Below are positions 1 to 12,922 of a stretch of DNA of 64,000 nucleotides, piece after piece. The notes beneath the pieces were generated by a model. It was not told the origin of the DNA, ran no database searches, and was given only the letters and a program-made list of their open reading frames with translations. This DNA is from an uncultured delta proteobacterium. GTDB taxonomy: Bacteria; Myxococcota_A; Polyangia; Polyangiales; Houyiibacteriaceae. Within the stretch, counting starts at the first letter, position 1. Each line of letters opens with the position of its first letter. Location of the stretch: positions 89,081 through 153,080 of the forward strand of contig CAVOVB010000006.1 in the NCBI GenBank assembly GCA_963699755.1. Direction: 5' to 3'. The position numbers and the translations under genes are program-made.

Positions 1-151
1 GCTTCGCGATCGCGATTGCCGGAGCCGTAGCGGTCTTGTGGGTCTATCGAAGGCTGAAGAAATAGGGGACGCGCGGCTACCCTTGAGAGCGGTGTTGTAC
101 CAATCACTCGACAAGCGCGTTAAGCGGTTCGCGTTCGGGACCGGGGCCCGC

Positions 152-1867
152 CTAGGGACGTCTCAGCCTCTGCACAGCGATCGACCCCTCGATGATCATC
201 CAGATCAGCAAGACGAGCAAGAGCGAGGCCAGTGCGGTGAGCGGGGCATTGCCTTCGGCGAGAAACTGCTGAAGCTTGCTGATCAAGGCCAGGGCTGCGA
301 CCGGCATCACCAACAGCATCGGAATGACCAGTGGCCAGACCGGTCGCTTCCGAGCAAAGAAGTAGAGGGACAAGGTCATGAGCGTCAATGCGGCCAGCAG
401 CTGGTTGCTCGCGCCGAAGATCGGCCAAAGCACCCATCCGACCGCCTTGGCTTGCCCCGTGCTAGGGTCCGGGGTCTCGGCAAGCGCCAGATACATGGCA
501 GGAACGACCGCGATGATCGTCGCAACGTACGGATTGGTCAGCGGCTTGATTCGAACAACCTCCCCCAGCTCGCTCAGGATGAAGCGCTGGATTCGCGTTG
601 CGGTGTCGAGCGAGGTCGCTGCAAACGCGATCACCAAAACGGCCATCAGGGTTCGCGCCAGCTCCGACGATAAGCCGACTGCCTCGAGAAACGCGCCGCC
701 GCCGAGCACGAAGGCGGCGGCTTTGTTGCCACCGGCGTGCGCCCAGTTGTCGTAGTAGACGGCCCAGCTCAGATCCTCGATCGCTCCTTGGCTGGGCAGT
801 GCGCAGGCACCAACCAAACCAATGCCGGCAACCGCCGCCAGAGTGGAGGCAAGTGCGAGGGAGCCTTCGCCGAGCATTGCGCCGTAGCCGATCATCCGCG
901 CGTCGGACAAGCGATCGATTTGTTTCGATGTCGTCCCGGACGAGACGAGCCCGTGGAAGCCGCTGATCGCGCCGCATGCAATCGTGACGAAAAGGATCGG
1001 AAAGATCGAGGGCGCCCCCGCTTCTGGGGATCGATACACTGGGGCGTCGAAGCTCGGATGCGCGATGAGAACGCCGAGGAACAAGAGCCCGAGCCCGACG
1101 AAGAGCTGATGGCTGTTGATGTAGTCGCGAGGTTGCAGCAGCATCCAAACCGGAAGGAGGCTGGCGACCGCCGAGTACAGCAGGAGGAAGAAGATCCAAG
1201 CGGTCGTCACCATGTGCTTGTCGAAGCCCATTGCCACGAAGTCGACTGGCACTTCCGCCCCAACCCAGACGAAGAAGTACAGGACGGCAAGGGCGATCAG
1301 CGACGGCCAGAGGATCTTCATTCGCCGCTTGTAGACCAGCCACCCGATGACGACCGCGACCGCGATTTGAATGTTGATCGGAATCACGCTGGTCGGCTGA
1401 CTGACGAAGAGGCCTGCGATCGCCATCGCGAAGACCGCGAGAACGAGCCAGATCAGCACGAGCACGAAGCACATGAAGAGAATTCGGGCCCGAGGGCTGA
1501 TGGTCTTTGCGGTGATGTCCGCAATCGAGTGGCCCTTCTCGCGAATGCTGGCGACGAGCGCACCGAAATCGTGCGCGGCCCCCATGAAGATGGTCCCGAG
1601 GACGACCCACACGAGCGCAGGACCCCAGCCCCAGTAGGCCGCTACGCAAGGGCCGATGATCGGGGCGGCGCCTGCGATTGAGGTGAAGTGGTGTCCGAAG
1701 AGCACCGCTCGTTGTGTGGGCACGAAATCAACGCCGTCGTCGAGCTCGTGCGCCGGCGTGACGATGTCGTCCTGATCCTCGAAGACGCGCTCACCGAGGA
1801 ATCGCGCGTAGAAGCGATACGCGATCAAGAATGCGCCCAGGACCAGAGCTGCCGCCACCGCCGCCAT
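152..1867 (-). CDS. cstA: Carbon starvation protein A (CstA) family peptide/pyruvate transporter
   Basis: 571 aa polytopic membrane protein with motifs TPAH..DGVDFVPT, LFGHHFTSIAGAAPIIGP, LLQPRDYIN, IACGAISGFH and WPIFGASNQLLA. Confidence 0.93.
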   Translation of the reverse strand: MAAVAAALVLGAFLIAYRFYARFLGERVFEDQDDIVTPAHELDDGVDFVPTQRAVLFGHHFTSIAGAAPIIGPCVAAYWGWGPALVWVVLGTIFMGAAHDFGALVASIREKGHSIADITAKTISPRARILFMCFVLVLIWLVLAVFAMAIAGLFVSQPTSVIPINIQIAVAVVIGWLVYKRRMKILWPSLIALAVLYFFVWVGAEVPVDFVAMGFDKHMVTTAWIFFLLLYSAVASLLPVWMLLQPRDYINSHQLFVGLGLLFLGVLIAHPSFDAPVYRSPEAGAPSIFPILFVTIACGAISGFHGLVSSGTTSKQIDRLSDARMIGYGAMLGEGSLALASTLAAVAGIGLVGACALPSQGAIEDLSWAVYYDNWAHAGGNKAAAFVLGGGAFLEAVGLSSELARTLMAVLVIAFAATSLDTATRIQRFILSELGEVVRIKPLTNPYVATIIAVVPAMYLALAETPDPSTGQAKAVGWVLWPIFGASNQLLAALTLMTLSLYFFARKRPVWPLVIPMLLVMPVAALALISKLQQFLAEGNAPLTALASLLLVLLIWMIIEGSIAVQRLRRP

Positions 1868-1950
1868 TTGTCGCGTTGGTGGGCTTTTTTCCGATTTCGG
1901 TCAAGCACAATCCCACTTTCCTTTGCGATGAAAGACGCTAAGGTCCCGGC

Positions 1951-3012
1951 ATGAGTGGGACCTTCCGACCTCATGGCGTCTGGACCGCGTTGGCAACTCC
2001 GTTTTCGACGGACAAGCAGGTCGACTACGACTCGTTGCGTCGGCTGACCGATTTTCAGGTGCAAGAAGGTATCGACGGCGTGCTTCCTTGCGGCACCACG
2101 GGCGAGTCGCCGACCCTTTCATGGCAAGAGCACGACGCCGTCGTCGACGCGGCGATTCGAGCCGTCGACGGACGCGTGGGTGTCTTGGCGGGTGCTGGTA
2201 GCAACAACAGCCAAGAAGCGATTCGGGCCACGAATCAAGCCAAAGAAGCCGGTGCCAACGCAGCGCTGCTCGTGGATTGCTACTACAATGGCCCTTCGAG
2301 CCTGGAGCTGCGCACGGAGTACTACGAACGAATCCTCGAGAGCGTTCCGGGCATTCCGGTCGTTCCCTACGTGATTCCGGGTCGCACAGGCTGTGCGCTT
2401 TCCGCGGCCGATCTCGCTGTCTTGCATCTAAACGATCCAAAGCGCGTACCCGCGGTCAAGCAAGCTACGGGCGACCTCGAGCGCATGCGCCTGGACCGCA
2501 AGCTTGCTGGGCCTGCCCTGAGCATTCTCTCGGGCGACGACGACCTCACGCTCACGATGATGCGCGACGAAGAGATTCGCGGCTGCGGCGTCATCAGCGT
2601 GCTGTCGAATATCGCACCGGGCGCCATCGGCTCCATGGTTCGCGCTCAAGTCGCGGGAGACATCGAAGAGACGGAGCGGCTCGCCAACGCACTTGCTCCC
2701 GTGCTCCGGCTGGTCAACTGCTCGGTGACTTCGGTGCGGACGCTTCCGAACGGGCAAAGCGTCGATGTGACTGACAAGTTCCGAAACCCGGTCCCGCTCA
2801 AGACCATGATGGCTGGGCTCGGCATGGTCTCCTCGGCCATGCGCCCACCTCTCGGGCGGATGAGCGCAACGGCCGTCGCGCAGTGCCGGGACGCCTTGCG
2901 CGAGGTTCACAGCGCCGACCCCGGCATTCTCGGCCCAATCGAGGACGCGTTCGACGTGCGAATCGATCAGCGACTCGGAGACGACGCAAGATGGTCGGCG
3001 CTGACCCGTTGA
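1951..3012 (+). CDS. dapA: 4-hydroxy-tetrahydrodipicolinate synthase (DapA family, long variant)
   Basis: [18 protein letters not shown]-x-IPGRTG, Schiff-base K in AVKQATG, SGDD and NPVPLK motifs; dapB lies nearby. Confidence 0.88.
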   Translation: MSGTFRPHGVWTALATPFSTDKQVDYDSLRRLTDFQVQEGIDGVLPCGTTGESPTLSWQEHDAVVDAAIRAVDGRVGVLAGAGSNNSQEAIRATNQAKEAGANAALLVDCYYNGPSSLELRTEYYERILESVPGIPVVPYVIPGRTGCALSAADLAVLHLNDPKRVPAVKQATGDLERMRLDRKLAGPALSILSGDDDLTLTMMRDEEIRGCGVISVLSNIAPGAIGSMVRAQVAGDIEETERLANALAPVLRLVNCSVTSVRTLPNGQSVDVTDKFRNPVPLKTMMAGLGMVSSAMRPPLGRMSATAVAQCRDALREVHSADPGILGPIEDAFDVRIDQRLGDDARWSALTR

Positions 3013-3019
3013 GTGGACC

Positions 3020-4057
3020 GTGTACAAGGCGCTAATTCGCCCGTTGCTGTATTTGCTTCCCGCGGAGGCAGCTCATCATTTGGCGTTTGGCTGCCTGCGA
3101 TTGCTCGCGGCGATTCCTGGCGTGCTCACGCTCATGCGGCGCGTGTTTCACGACAACGGCGATGGGGTTCGTGTCCAAGCGCTCGATCTTGAATTCCCGA
3201 ACCCGGTCGGCTTGGCTGCAGGATTCGACAAAGACGCGATCGGCTACGAGGCCTTGGGTGCGATGGGCTTCGGCTTCGTCGAGGTGGGAACACTGACCGG
3301 GCAGGCCCAGCCGGGTAACCCGAAGCCGCGCTTGTTCCGGCTTCAGAAGGATCGGGCGCTCGTGAACCGAATGGGCTTCAACAATCATGGCTCCGCTGAG
3401 GCGGTGGCTCGTTTGCAGCGTCCGCATCAGACGATTGTTGGGGTCAACATCGGAAAGACCAAGCTCGTCCCCGAAGAGCAAGCGATAGGCGACTATGTCG
3501 CAAGCGCCAGGAGAGTGGGCCCGTACGCCGACTACGTCGTGGTCAACGTGAGCTCGCCCAACACCCCGGGTCTACGCAACCTACAAGCCACCGAAAAGCT
3601 GCGTCCGCTGCTCGCAGCAGTTCGTGAAGCACTTAATGAAGTATCTCCGACGCGGCGAGTCCCTTTGCTGGTCAAAATCGCCCCCGACTTGGCCGATGAG
3701 GACCTTGACGCAGTAGCGGACCTTGCCCTCGCGCTCAGCCTCGACGGGATCATCGCCACCAACACGACGATCTCGCGCGACGGGCTCGTGAGCTCCGCCG
3801 ACGATGTCGAACGTTGCGGCGCCGGTGGCCTGAGCGGTCCGCCGCTGCGAGAGCGCTCGATGGAAGTGCTTCAGCGATTGCGGGCCAGAGTCGGCGACCG
3901 ACTCGTGCTGATCTCGGTCGGCGGCATCGAAACGCCTGAGCAAGCCCTGGAGCGGATTCAGGCCGGAGCGACGCTGGTGCAGATCTATACGGCGTTCGTG
4001 TACGAGGGGCCGTGGCTGCCGAGCCGGCTGGCGCGGGGGATCGCGGGACAGGGGTAG
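3020..4057 (+). CDS. pyrD: Quinone-dependent dihydroorotate dehydrogenase (class 2)
   Basis: [36 protein letters not shown] and GGLSGPPL motifs. Confidence 0.96.
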   Translation: MYKALIRPLLYLLPAEAAHHLAFGCLRLLAAIPGVLTLMRRVFHDNGDGVRVQALDLEFPNPVGLAAGFDKDAIGYEALGAMGFGFVEVGTLTGQAQPGNPKPRLFRLQKDRALVNRMGFNNHGSAEAVARLQRPHQTIVGVNIGKTKLVPEEQAIGDYVASARRVGPYADYVVVNVSSPNTPGLRNLQATEKLRPLLAAVREALNEVSPTRRVPLLVKIAPDLADEDLDAVADLALALSLDGIIATNTTISRDGLVSSADDVERCGAGGLSGPPLRERSMEVLQRLRARVGDRLVLISVGGIETPEQALERIQAGATLVQIYTAFVYEGPWLPSRLARGIAGQG

Positions 4058-4088
4058 CGACAGATGCAGTGCCAGGGCTGAGCCGAGC

Positions 4089-4640
4089 TCATGCGTGGTC
4101 TTTGGTGTCCGCGAGCTGGGCTAAGTCTCGGATCATCCGGATGGTGATGGCAACGACCAGGAGCAGATACGCGACCATGATCACGATGAACAGGTCGTTT
4201 GCGAAATTGGTCTGCTCGAGGTTTGCCTCGATGGCGAGCTCGACGGCCAGCGCCAAGAGCGCGGCGGTCAATAGCCCGATCCAAGCCATCGGGGCGGCGA
4301 TGCGATCCATCGCGACATCGCGCCGCTCGTCCGTTGCGAGCCAGTAGTCGCGATTCGGAATGTTGAGCCAGCGCGCTGGGAGCCGTTTCAGCATCCCCGC
4401 GGCCGCAAACACGAGCGCGACGCTTCCGCCCACCGATGCCGTCAAGAACCAGAAGAACGGCCCCTTTGACATGTAGTCGTTCGGTCTGCCTCCCGCGCCG
4501 AAATGAGAGGCCACCGTCTCGGGCAGCTCCGACCAAACCAAGGCGACGCGCAGCATCAGCGCGATGGTGATGACGAGCGTGAGCAGCAAAGGCCCACGAA
4601 TCGCGCCCGAGCCCCGCCTCGTCGTAGGTTCGTTCGTCAT
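4089..4640 (-). CDS. DUF1648-like membrane protein
   Basis: LPETVASHFGAGGRPN motif, NIPNRDYW and 4 hydrophobic segments. Confidence 0.75.
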   Translation of the reverse strand: MTNEPTTRRGSGAIRGPLLLTLVITIALMLRVALVWSELPETVASHFGAGGRPNDYMSKGPFFWFLTASVGGSVALVFAAAGMLKRLPARWLNIPNRDYWLATDERRDVAMDRIAAPMAWIGLLTAALLALAVELAIEANLEQTNFANDLFIVIMVAYLLLVVAITIRMIRDLAQLADTKDHA

Positions 4641-4792
4641 GATGTCCGCCTAGCTAGAGGGTAGCGAACTCAGAGAGCTGTGGGTAGGTCTCGCCTGCGC
4701 TCCTGTAGGTGCCAGCGTCGGTGCCCGCATCAGCGCTCATGGCTGCTCTTGTCGTCTCGTGCGCGACGCTCTGAAGAGCTGCTGCCGCGGTG

Positions 4793-6055
4793 TCACTCCC
4801 GCGCGTCGACGAACGCCGCAGCAACGGAGTCCGACCAGACGTTGACTGTCGTTCGGAGCATGTCGAGAATGCGGTCGACCGCGAGAATCAGGGCGACCGC
4901 GCTCGTCGGTAGGCCGACTGCATTCAGGACGACGACCATCATGACCATGCCAGCATGCGGGATCCCCGCTGCACCGACGCTGGCAAGCAGTGCCGTCACA
5001 GCGACGAGGCCCTGCTGCGCGATCGTGAGGTCGATCCCGTATACCTGGGCGATGAAGAGAACCGCGACGGCTTCGTAGAGCGCGGTGCCATCCATGTTGA
5101 TCGTCGCGCCAAGGGGGAGTACGAAGGAGCTCACCTCTGGCCGAACGCCTGCCTTTTCGACGTTTTCCATCGTGAGAGGGAGGGTGCCGTTGCTCGACGC
5201 GGTGCTGAAGGCGGTCACCAGAGCGGTCATGAGCTGTCGGGCGTACGCGATCGGCGAACGGCCCGTGCCGAGCTTCAAGATGGTGGGCAGGGTGATCATC
5301 GCGTGGACCATCAGCGCGATGAAGACGGTGAAGACGTACCAGCCCAGGACGCGAAATGCCCCTGGGCCTTTGCCGGCCGCCGCGTATAGGGTGAATCCAA
5401 ACACACCGATCGGTGCGAACTTCACCACGAAGAGCGTCATCTGCATCATCACGTCGAAAAGCCCGGAGAAGAAGCGTCGCACGACGTGCGCGTCCTTCGA
5501 TCCTTCGCGGTGCTCGGCGATCCCGATGAACACGCCGATGAGGAGTGCGAAGAAGATCACCGGGAGCATGTCGCCCTGGGTTGCGGCGGCGAGTGGGTTC
5601 TTGGGGATCAGGCTTTCGAATTGTTCCCAGAGGACGACCCCGATGCTGCTCGGGGCCTCGGTCAAGAGCGGGTTTGTCGCGGCCCCTTCTTCGAGCATGG
5701 CGAGCTTGGCGCCTTCGCCCGGCCGGATGATGTTCACCATCGCGATTCCCGTCACGATCGCGAGAGCGCTTGTCGCCAGATAGAAGCCGATCGCGCGCCC
5801 GCCAATGGAGCCCAGGGTCCGGAGGTCGCCCATCCCGGTCACGCCGGTGATCAGCGAAGAGATGATCAGAGGAACCACGAGCATCTGGAGGAGCCTGAGG
5901 AACAGGTCGCCTATCGCCTTGCCAGCCATCGCGGCCTTGCCGACAATCTCGGTGTCAACCATGCCCTGGCCGCCGGCCCAGTTCAGGCCTAGCCCGAGGG
6001 CTGCACCTAGCCCCATGGCGATCAGGATCCAATGGTGGAGTTGCAGTCGCTTCAC
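4793..6055 (-). CDS. Dicarboxylate/amino acid:cation symporter (DAACS, GltP-like)
   Basis: FLRLLQMLVVPLI, FSTASSNGTLP, PLGATINMDGTALY and DRILDMLRTTVNVWSD motifs. Confidence 0.94.
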   Translation of the reverse strand: MKRLQLHHWILIAMGLGAALGLGLNWAGGQGMVDTEIVGKAAMAGKAIGDLFLRLLQMLVVPLIISSLITGVTGMGDLRTLGSIGGRAIGFYLATSALAIVTGIAMVNIIRPGEGAKLAMLEEGAATNPLLTEAPSSIGVVLWEQFESLIPKNPLAAATQGDMLPVIFFALLIGVFIGIAEHREGSKDAHVVRRFFSGLFDVMMQMTLFVVKFAPIGVFGFTLYAAAGKGPGAFRVLGWYVFTVFIALMVHAMITLPTILKLGTGRSPIAYARQLMTALVTAFSTASSNGTLPLTMENVEKAGVRPEVSSFVLPLGATINMDGTALYEAVAVLFIAQVYGIDLTIAQQGLVAVTALLASVGAAGIPHAGMVMMVVVLNAVGLPTSAVALILAVDRILDMLRTTVNVWSDSVAAAFVDARE

Positions 6056-6100
6056 GAGCGCGCATTATGCGGACGCCCTCCTTCGATGTAAAACCAAGCC

Positions 6101-7261
6101 ATGACCGACGAGAATCCAGACAAAGGGCCGCTTTTTGAGCTTCGGGGGGCCCTCGATGTCCTCGATCACGAGCTGCTGGAGTTGCTGGTCCGGCGAATGG
6201 ACATCGTGGCAGAGATCGCGGCGCGCAAGCGTTCGCACCGGGTTCGGATTCGCGACCTCGCCCGCGAGCGCCGGGTTCTCGATGATCGCTGCGCCCGCGC
6301 CGCGGAGCTGGGGCTATCCGCCGACAGCGTCGAATCGATCTGGAGGCAGCTCATGCTCATGAGCCGTGAGCGTCAAGCGGCGCTACGCGCGGAGGTGCCG
6401 CTCGACGTCGAGGCAAGGTCGGTGGCGATCATCGGCGGCGAAGGAGGCATGGGGCGTTCGCTCGTCACCTTGTTCTCCGACCTCGGGCACGACGTCTACA
6501 GCGCGGACCTCGAAACCGAGCTTCGACCGGCAGACGCCGCGGCGCAGTCCGACGTGGTGATCATCAGCGTACCCATCCGCGAGACTCGCGCGGTCATCGA
6601 GGCGCTCGGCCCTCTCGTTCGAAAGGATGCGCTCCTCATGGACGTGACGTCGATCAAGACCGACCCGGTAGCGGCGATGCTGGAGTCGACGGAAGCCAGT
6701 GTGGTGGGCACCCATCCGATGTTCGGCCCAGGGGTCAACACCTACCAAGGGCAGCGAGTTGTGATCTGCCCTGGCCGAGGCGAAGCCTGGCTCGATTGGG
6801 TTCGTGAGATGCTCAGCGCCCGTGGGCTGGTCATCACCGAGTCCACCCCGGCCGAGCACGACTCGAGGATGGCGATCGTGCAGGTCCTGCATCACTTCAA
6901 GACGCAGGTGCTTGGGATGGCGCTGAGCCGAGCGGGTACCCCGCTCGAGGAGACCCTTCGCTTCACCTCCCCTGCATACCTTCTCGAAGCCTACGTGACA
7001 GGCCGGCACTTCGCCCAGGATCCGGAGCTCTACGGGCCGATCGAGATGCTCAACCCCGACTCGGGGCGGGTGATCGAGATCTTTCGGGGGGCAGCTGCCG
7101 ATCTGGCGCGGATCCTGGCGGACGGCGACCAGGACGCCTTTGACCAGGTCTTCGCGGATGTCCGCGCGTTCTTCGGCGACTTCACCGACGAAGCCCTCGA
7201 GCAAAGCGGCTTCCTCATCGACCGTTTGGTCGAGCTGAGCGCGGGCCGCTCGTCTCTCTAG
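6101..7261 (+). CDS. tyrA: Bifunctional chorismate mutase/prephenate dehydrogenase
   Basis: N-terminal CM_2-like helical domain (LRGALDVLD..RDLARE), then IIGGEGGMG, DVTSIK, HPMFGP and EHD. Confidence 0.9.
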   Translation: MTDENPDKGPLFELRGALDVLDHELLELLVRRMDIVAEIAARKRSHRVRIRDLARERRVLDDRCARAAELGLSADSVESIWRQLMLMSRERQAALRAEVPLDVEARSVAIIGGEGGMGRSLVTLFSDLGHDVYSADLETELRPADAAAQSDVVIISVPIRETRAVIEALGPLVRKDALLMDVTSIKTDPVAAMLESTEASVVGTHPMFGPGVNTYQGQRVVICPGRGEAWLDWVREMLSARGLVITESTPAEHDSRMAIVQVLHHFKTQVLGMALSRAGTPLEETLRFTSPAYLLEAYVTGRHFAQDPELYGPIEMLNPDSGRVIEIFRGAAADLARILADGDQDAFDQVFADVRAFFGDFTDEALEQSGFLIDRLVELSAGRSSL

Positions 7262-7304
7262 CGAGTCGATTGACGCTCGTCGCTGCATCTGCGATGTCGT
7301 GGCC

Positions 7305-8111
7305 ATGGCGCAAGTTGCGATACACGGAGCAGCCGGTCGCATGGGGCAAAGCATCGCTGCCGTCTTGGCCGACGACCTCGAAGCAAATCTCGTCGCCGCG
7401 ATGGACCGTGAAGGCAGCGAGCTGATCGGTCGAGACATGGGCACACTCACCGGGCGGGCGCCCTCGGGCGTTCGCATCACGTCCGACGTTGAAGAGTTCC
7501 TGAGCAACGTCGAGGTCGTCATCGACTTCAGCATCGCCTCGGCCACCGCGAAGCTACTGCCGCTTTGTGCCGGCCAACATATCCCCATGGTGATTGGCAC
7601 GACAGGACTCGATGCTTCATCTCGGGCAAGCCTCGAGCGGGCGGCAGAGCGGGTGCCAATCGTCTTCGCCCCAAACTACAGCCAAGGGGTCAACGCCCTG
7701 TACTTCCTTGCAGCCCGCGCTACCGAGCTCCTAGGGCCAGGCTTCGATGCCGAGATCATCGAGCTCCATCACCATCACAAGCTCGATGCGCCGAGCGGTA
7801 CCGCAGTGCGTCTTGGCGAGGTGGTGGCCCGGGCAAAGCAGCTCGATCCAGAGCGAGTCGTGACTCACGGGCGCAGCGGCCAGGTCGGCGCGAGGCCGCT
7901 CGATGAAGTCGCTGTGATGGCCCTGCGGGGCGGCGACGTCGTTGGTGAGCACACCCTCTACCTGGTGGGCGAGGGCGAGCGAATCGAGCTCACCCATCGC
8001 GCGACCGATCGCGCGATCTTCGCCCGTGGGGCGGTGCGTGCGGCGCGCTGGGTCTTGGGCCGACCCGCCGGCCTCTATGACATGGCCGACGTCATGGGTA
8101 TTCCAGGCTAG
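7305..8111 (+). CDS. dapB: 4-hydroxy-tetrahydrodipicolinate reductase
   Basis: GAAGRMG, VIGTTG, ELHHHHKLDAPSGTA and RGGDVVGEH motifs. Start could be 7299. Confidence 0.95.
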   Translation: MAQVAIHGAAGRMGQSIAAVLADDLEANLVAAMDREGSELIGRDMGTLTGRAPSGVRITSDVEEFLSNVEVVIDFSIASATAKLLPLCAGQHIPMVIGTTGLDASSRASLERAAERVPIVFAPNYSQGVNALYFLAARATELLGPGFDAEIIELHHHHKLDAPSGTAVRLGEVVARAKQLDPERVVTHGRSGQVGARPLDEVAVMALRGGDVVGEHTLYLVGEGERIELTHRATDRAIFARGAVRAARWVLGRPAGLYDMADVMGIPG

Positions 8112-8151
8112 GCGCGGTTGCGAAGGAATTCTGATACGGTAGGGGCGCGTC

Positions 8152-8760
8152 ATGGAATGTCCTCAATGTGGAGCTGAGGTCCCGTCGGACGATGTGTTCT
8201 GCGGCAAGTGTGGTTACGCCCGGCGCGACGAGGGTCCGGAGCGTCTCGATCAGTCGCGTATTCGCGTGCACGAGACTCCGAGTCCGTCGGGAGATGATCG
8301 GCCAGGTCGACCCTCGTCTCGGCAACGCTTTCGCAAGCACACGGTCCTCGGGATACAACCGGGCACACCCACCCCCGAAGCCGGAAGCCCGACCCCGGAG
8401 CCCATTTTATCGCCTCCACCCACCCCGATTTCATCGGCGCGGGGAGAGCGGTCGCGCGGTCGCGCCGCTCAAAAGACGATGCTCGGCATGCAGCCGCCCG
8501 AATGGATCGACCCGGTAGGTGACCGGCCCTCCTCGGAGCAGGTCGATTGGAAGTCGGGCGCTTCGCAGGGTAGCGAAACGGGAACGGCCTCCGATTCGGC
8601 GCCTGCCAGTCATCGTGCGCGCGCCCGGGTCCGTTACGAGAGCGCAGACGAGGCGCTCCCCATCATCGAAAAGAGAAGGAAGGCGATCGGTGGGCTTGCG
8701 GTTCTCGTTCTCCTTGCGGCAGCGTGGCTGGGGTACCGCTATCTGACGTTGAATGGCTAG
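8152..8760 (+). CDS. Zinc-ribbon, Pro/Ser-rich protein with C-terminal membrane anchor
   Basis: N-terminal CPQC-x10-CGKC, a low-complexity linker and a C-terminal TM helix; overlaps the kinase start. Confidence 0.75.
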   Translation: MECPQCGAEVPSDDVFCGKCGYARRDEGPERLDQSRIRVHETPSPSGDDRPGRPSSRQRFRKHTVLGIQPGTPTPEAGSPTPEPILSPPPTPISSARGERSRGRAAQKTMLGMQPPEWIDPVGDRPSSEQVDWKSGASQGSETGTASDSAPASHRARARVRYESADEALPIIEKRRKAIGGLAVLVLLAAAWLGYRYLTLNG

Positions 8761-10663
8761 TACCGCCTCAGACAGCCCGGCATTGTGCACGGCCTGCGAC
8801 AAGAGCAACCCACCGGGGTCGAAGTTCTGCGGGAAGTGCGGAACCTTGCTGGGCGCTTGGTTGCTAAAGCCCGGCGACATCATCGCAGAGCGCTACCGCG
8901 TGGTTGCGCCCATCGGACGGGGTGCGATGGGGACGGTGTATCGAGTCGAGCACACGCAGATCAGCAAGGTGATGGCGATCAAGCTGCTGCACCGAGAGCT
9001 TCAGGAAGACCCCGAGAACGTCGCTCGCTTCCATCGCGAAGCGGAGTCCGCCTCGCGTCTCAACCACCCGAACACCGTTCATGTGTTCGACTTCGGCCGG
9101 ACCGAGTCCGGCTCGCTCTACCTCGTGATGGAGTATGTCGACGGAGACGATCTGTCGAAAGTTCTCGAGAAGGATGGCGCGATGGCGTTCGGACGCGTGG
9201 CATACCTTTGCGCGCAGGTGGCCGGCTCCGTCGCGGATGCGCACGCGGCTGGCATCGTCCACCGAGACCTCAAGCCGGAGAACATCGTCGTTGCCGAAGG
9301 GCGCGATGGCGAGACCGCGAAGGTGCTGGATTTTGGGCTTGCTAAGCTCTTCGAAGGCAACGTCGAGAAGCAAGTGACGAGCAGCGGCACCATCGTGGGG
9401 ACCCCACACTACATGTCGCCCGAGCAAATCCAGGGACAAGGGTTGGACGGGCGAAGCGACATCTACGCAATGGGTGCCATCATGTACGAATGCGTCGTCG
9501 GCCATCCGCCGTTCGAGGCGCCCAATCCCGTTGGCGTGCTTTCGAAGCACCTATTGGAAGAGGCGTCGGTTCCTTCGGGCCGCTCGCCGCTCTCCGTGCC
9601 CACCGAGGCCGACGCGATCATCATGCGCTGCCTTCAAAAAGACCCCAAGCTGCGCTACCAGACCGCGGAGGAGCTTCGGCAAGACTTGGTCGAATATCTG
9701 ATGACCGTCGGATCCGGAGATTGGCGACTGAGCGGAGTGGGGCAGGCGCCGTTCAGCGGTGGCGCGCGTCGCGTCGACAAGCTCGCCTCGCTTTTCCCGC
9801 GCAAGCGAGGACTCTGGTGGACTCTGTTGCTCTTGGTCCTGGCTGGCGGCGGTGTGCTCGCCTGGCAACTCGCGAGCCAGGGCCCCTCGGAGAAGGAACC
9901 CAACCACAGAGTGAAGAACGCGACCCGCCTTCCCGAGGACACCGAGATGGAAGCGTATCTCGGGCAGCGCCTCAGCGAGGACTCGAGCGATGTCGATCTC
10001 TTCGAGATTCAGCACGTCGGGAGCGAGCGACGTGCGGCGGAGCTGGAGGTCAGCGCGATCCCCAACATCGACGTGCTCGTCGAGCTTCTGAGGCCAGACC
10101 AGGACGAACCTTTGATCGTGGCCGACTCCCGGGGTCTCGGCCAGGGTGAACGGCTGCCCAACGTTCCAATCGAGCACGGGAAGTACTTGATCCGCGTGCG
10201 TGAACAGAGGGCAGAGGGTGAGCTCCCGACCGAGAACGTTTCCGATCCCTACTACGTTCGGTGGCGGCTACTCGATGATGATGCGACGTTCGAGCACGAG
10301 CCCAACGATTCGCTCGAGCTTGCCGAGCGCCTCGGGCTCGGCGCTGAGCGGCGCGCTTGGATCGGTTGGCCGGGCGACGTGGATACCTTCTGTCTGGATG
10401 TCGATGCCGAGGGAGTCATCGCGCAAGTCAGCGCGCTCGGAGAGGTGGATTTGGTTCTTCGCGTCGTCGAACGGCGAACCGACCGGAGCGGGAAGTACGA
10501 TGACAACGGCGTCGGGCGCGGTGAAACGAGCGAGACCTGGCGCAACGCCGAAGCCGGCAAGCTCTGCGTCGAGGTGTCCGCCGATCCGTGGGAAGAAAGT
10601 GGCCTGCTTGCGCAGCCCGACCAGACCTACGGCGTGCGGTTCATCATTGCCCCTGGACTCTAG
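8753..10663 (+). CDS. Membrane Ser/Thr protein kinase with N-terminal zinc ribbon and extracytoplasmic ExEPN-repeat domain
   Basis: CTAC/CGKC ribbon; GRGAMG, AIK, HRDLKPEN, DFG and GTPHYMSPEQ; TM helix; EKEPN and EHEPNDS repeats. Confidence 0.92.
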   Translation: MASTASDSPALCTACDKSNPPGSKFCGKCGTLLGAWLLKPGDIIAERYRVVAPIGRGAMGTVYRVEHTQISKVMAIKLLHRELQEDPENVARFHREAESASRLNHPNTVHVFDFGRTESGSLYLVMEYVDGDDLSKVLEKDGAMAFGRVAYLCAQVAGSVADAHAAGIVHRDLKPENIVVAEGRDGETAKVLDFGLAKLFEGNVEKQVTSSGTIVGTPHYMSPEQIQGQGLDGRSDIYAMGAIMYECVVGHPPFEAPNPVGVLSKHLLEEASVPSGRSPLSVPTEADAIIMRCLQKDPKLRYQTAEELRQDLVEYLMTVGSGDWRLSGVGQAPFSGGARRVDKLASLFPRKRGLWWTLLLLVLAGGGVLAWQLASQGPSEKEPNHRVKNATRLPEDTEMEAYLGQRLSEDSSDVDLFEIQHVGSERRAAELEVSAIPNIDVLVELLRPDQDEPLIVADSRGLGQGERLPNVPIEHGKYLIRVREQRAEGELPTENVSDPYYVRWRLLDDDATFEHEPNDSLELAERLGLGAERRAWIGWPGDVDTFCLDVDAEGVIAQVSALGEVDLVLRVVERRTDRSGKYDDNGVGRGETSETWRNAEAGKLCVEVSADPWEESGLLAQPDQTYGVRFIIAPGL

Positions 10664-12849
<2,186 letters not shown>

Positions 12850-12871
12850 GCCGCCGGGCCCTCGGATTCCA

Positions 12872-12900
12872 TTGACGAGCTTCTGGCGCCGGGGTATGGC
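12872..12900 (+). promoter_or_regulatory. Sigma70-type promoter of purH-purD-tsaC
   Basis: TTGACG (12872-12877), 17 bp spacer, TATGGC (12895-12900). Confidence 0.5.
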
Positions 12901-12922
12901 CCGACCTCCGAAAGGCAGGGGC

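Noticed and set aside
4641..4792. Possible structured RNA in the 150-bp gap
   Set aside because: Only weak imperfect inverted repeats (GCTCTT/AAGAGC); not distinguishable from GC-rich background by eye.
12850..12922. ZTP or purine riboswitch upstream of purH
   Set aside because: Only ~70 bp of intergenic space, largely taken up by the promoter, and no aptamer consensus is visible.
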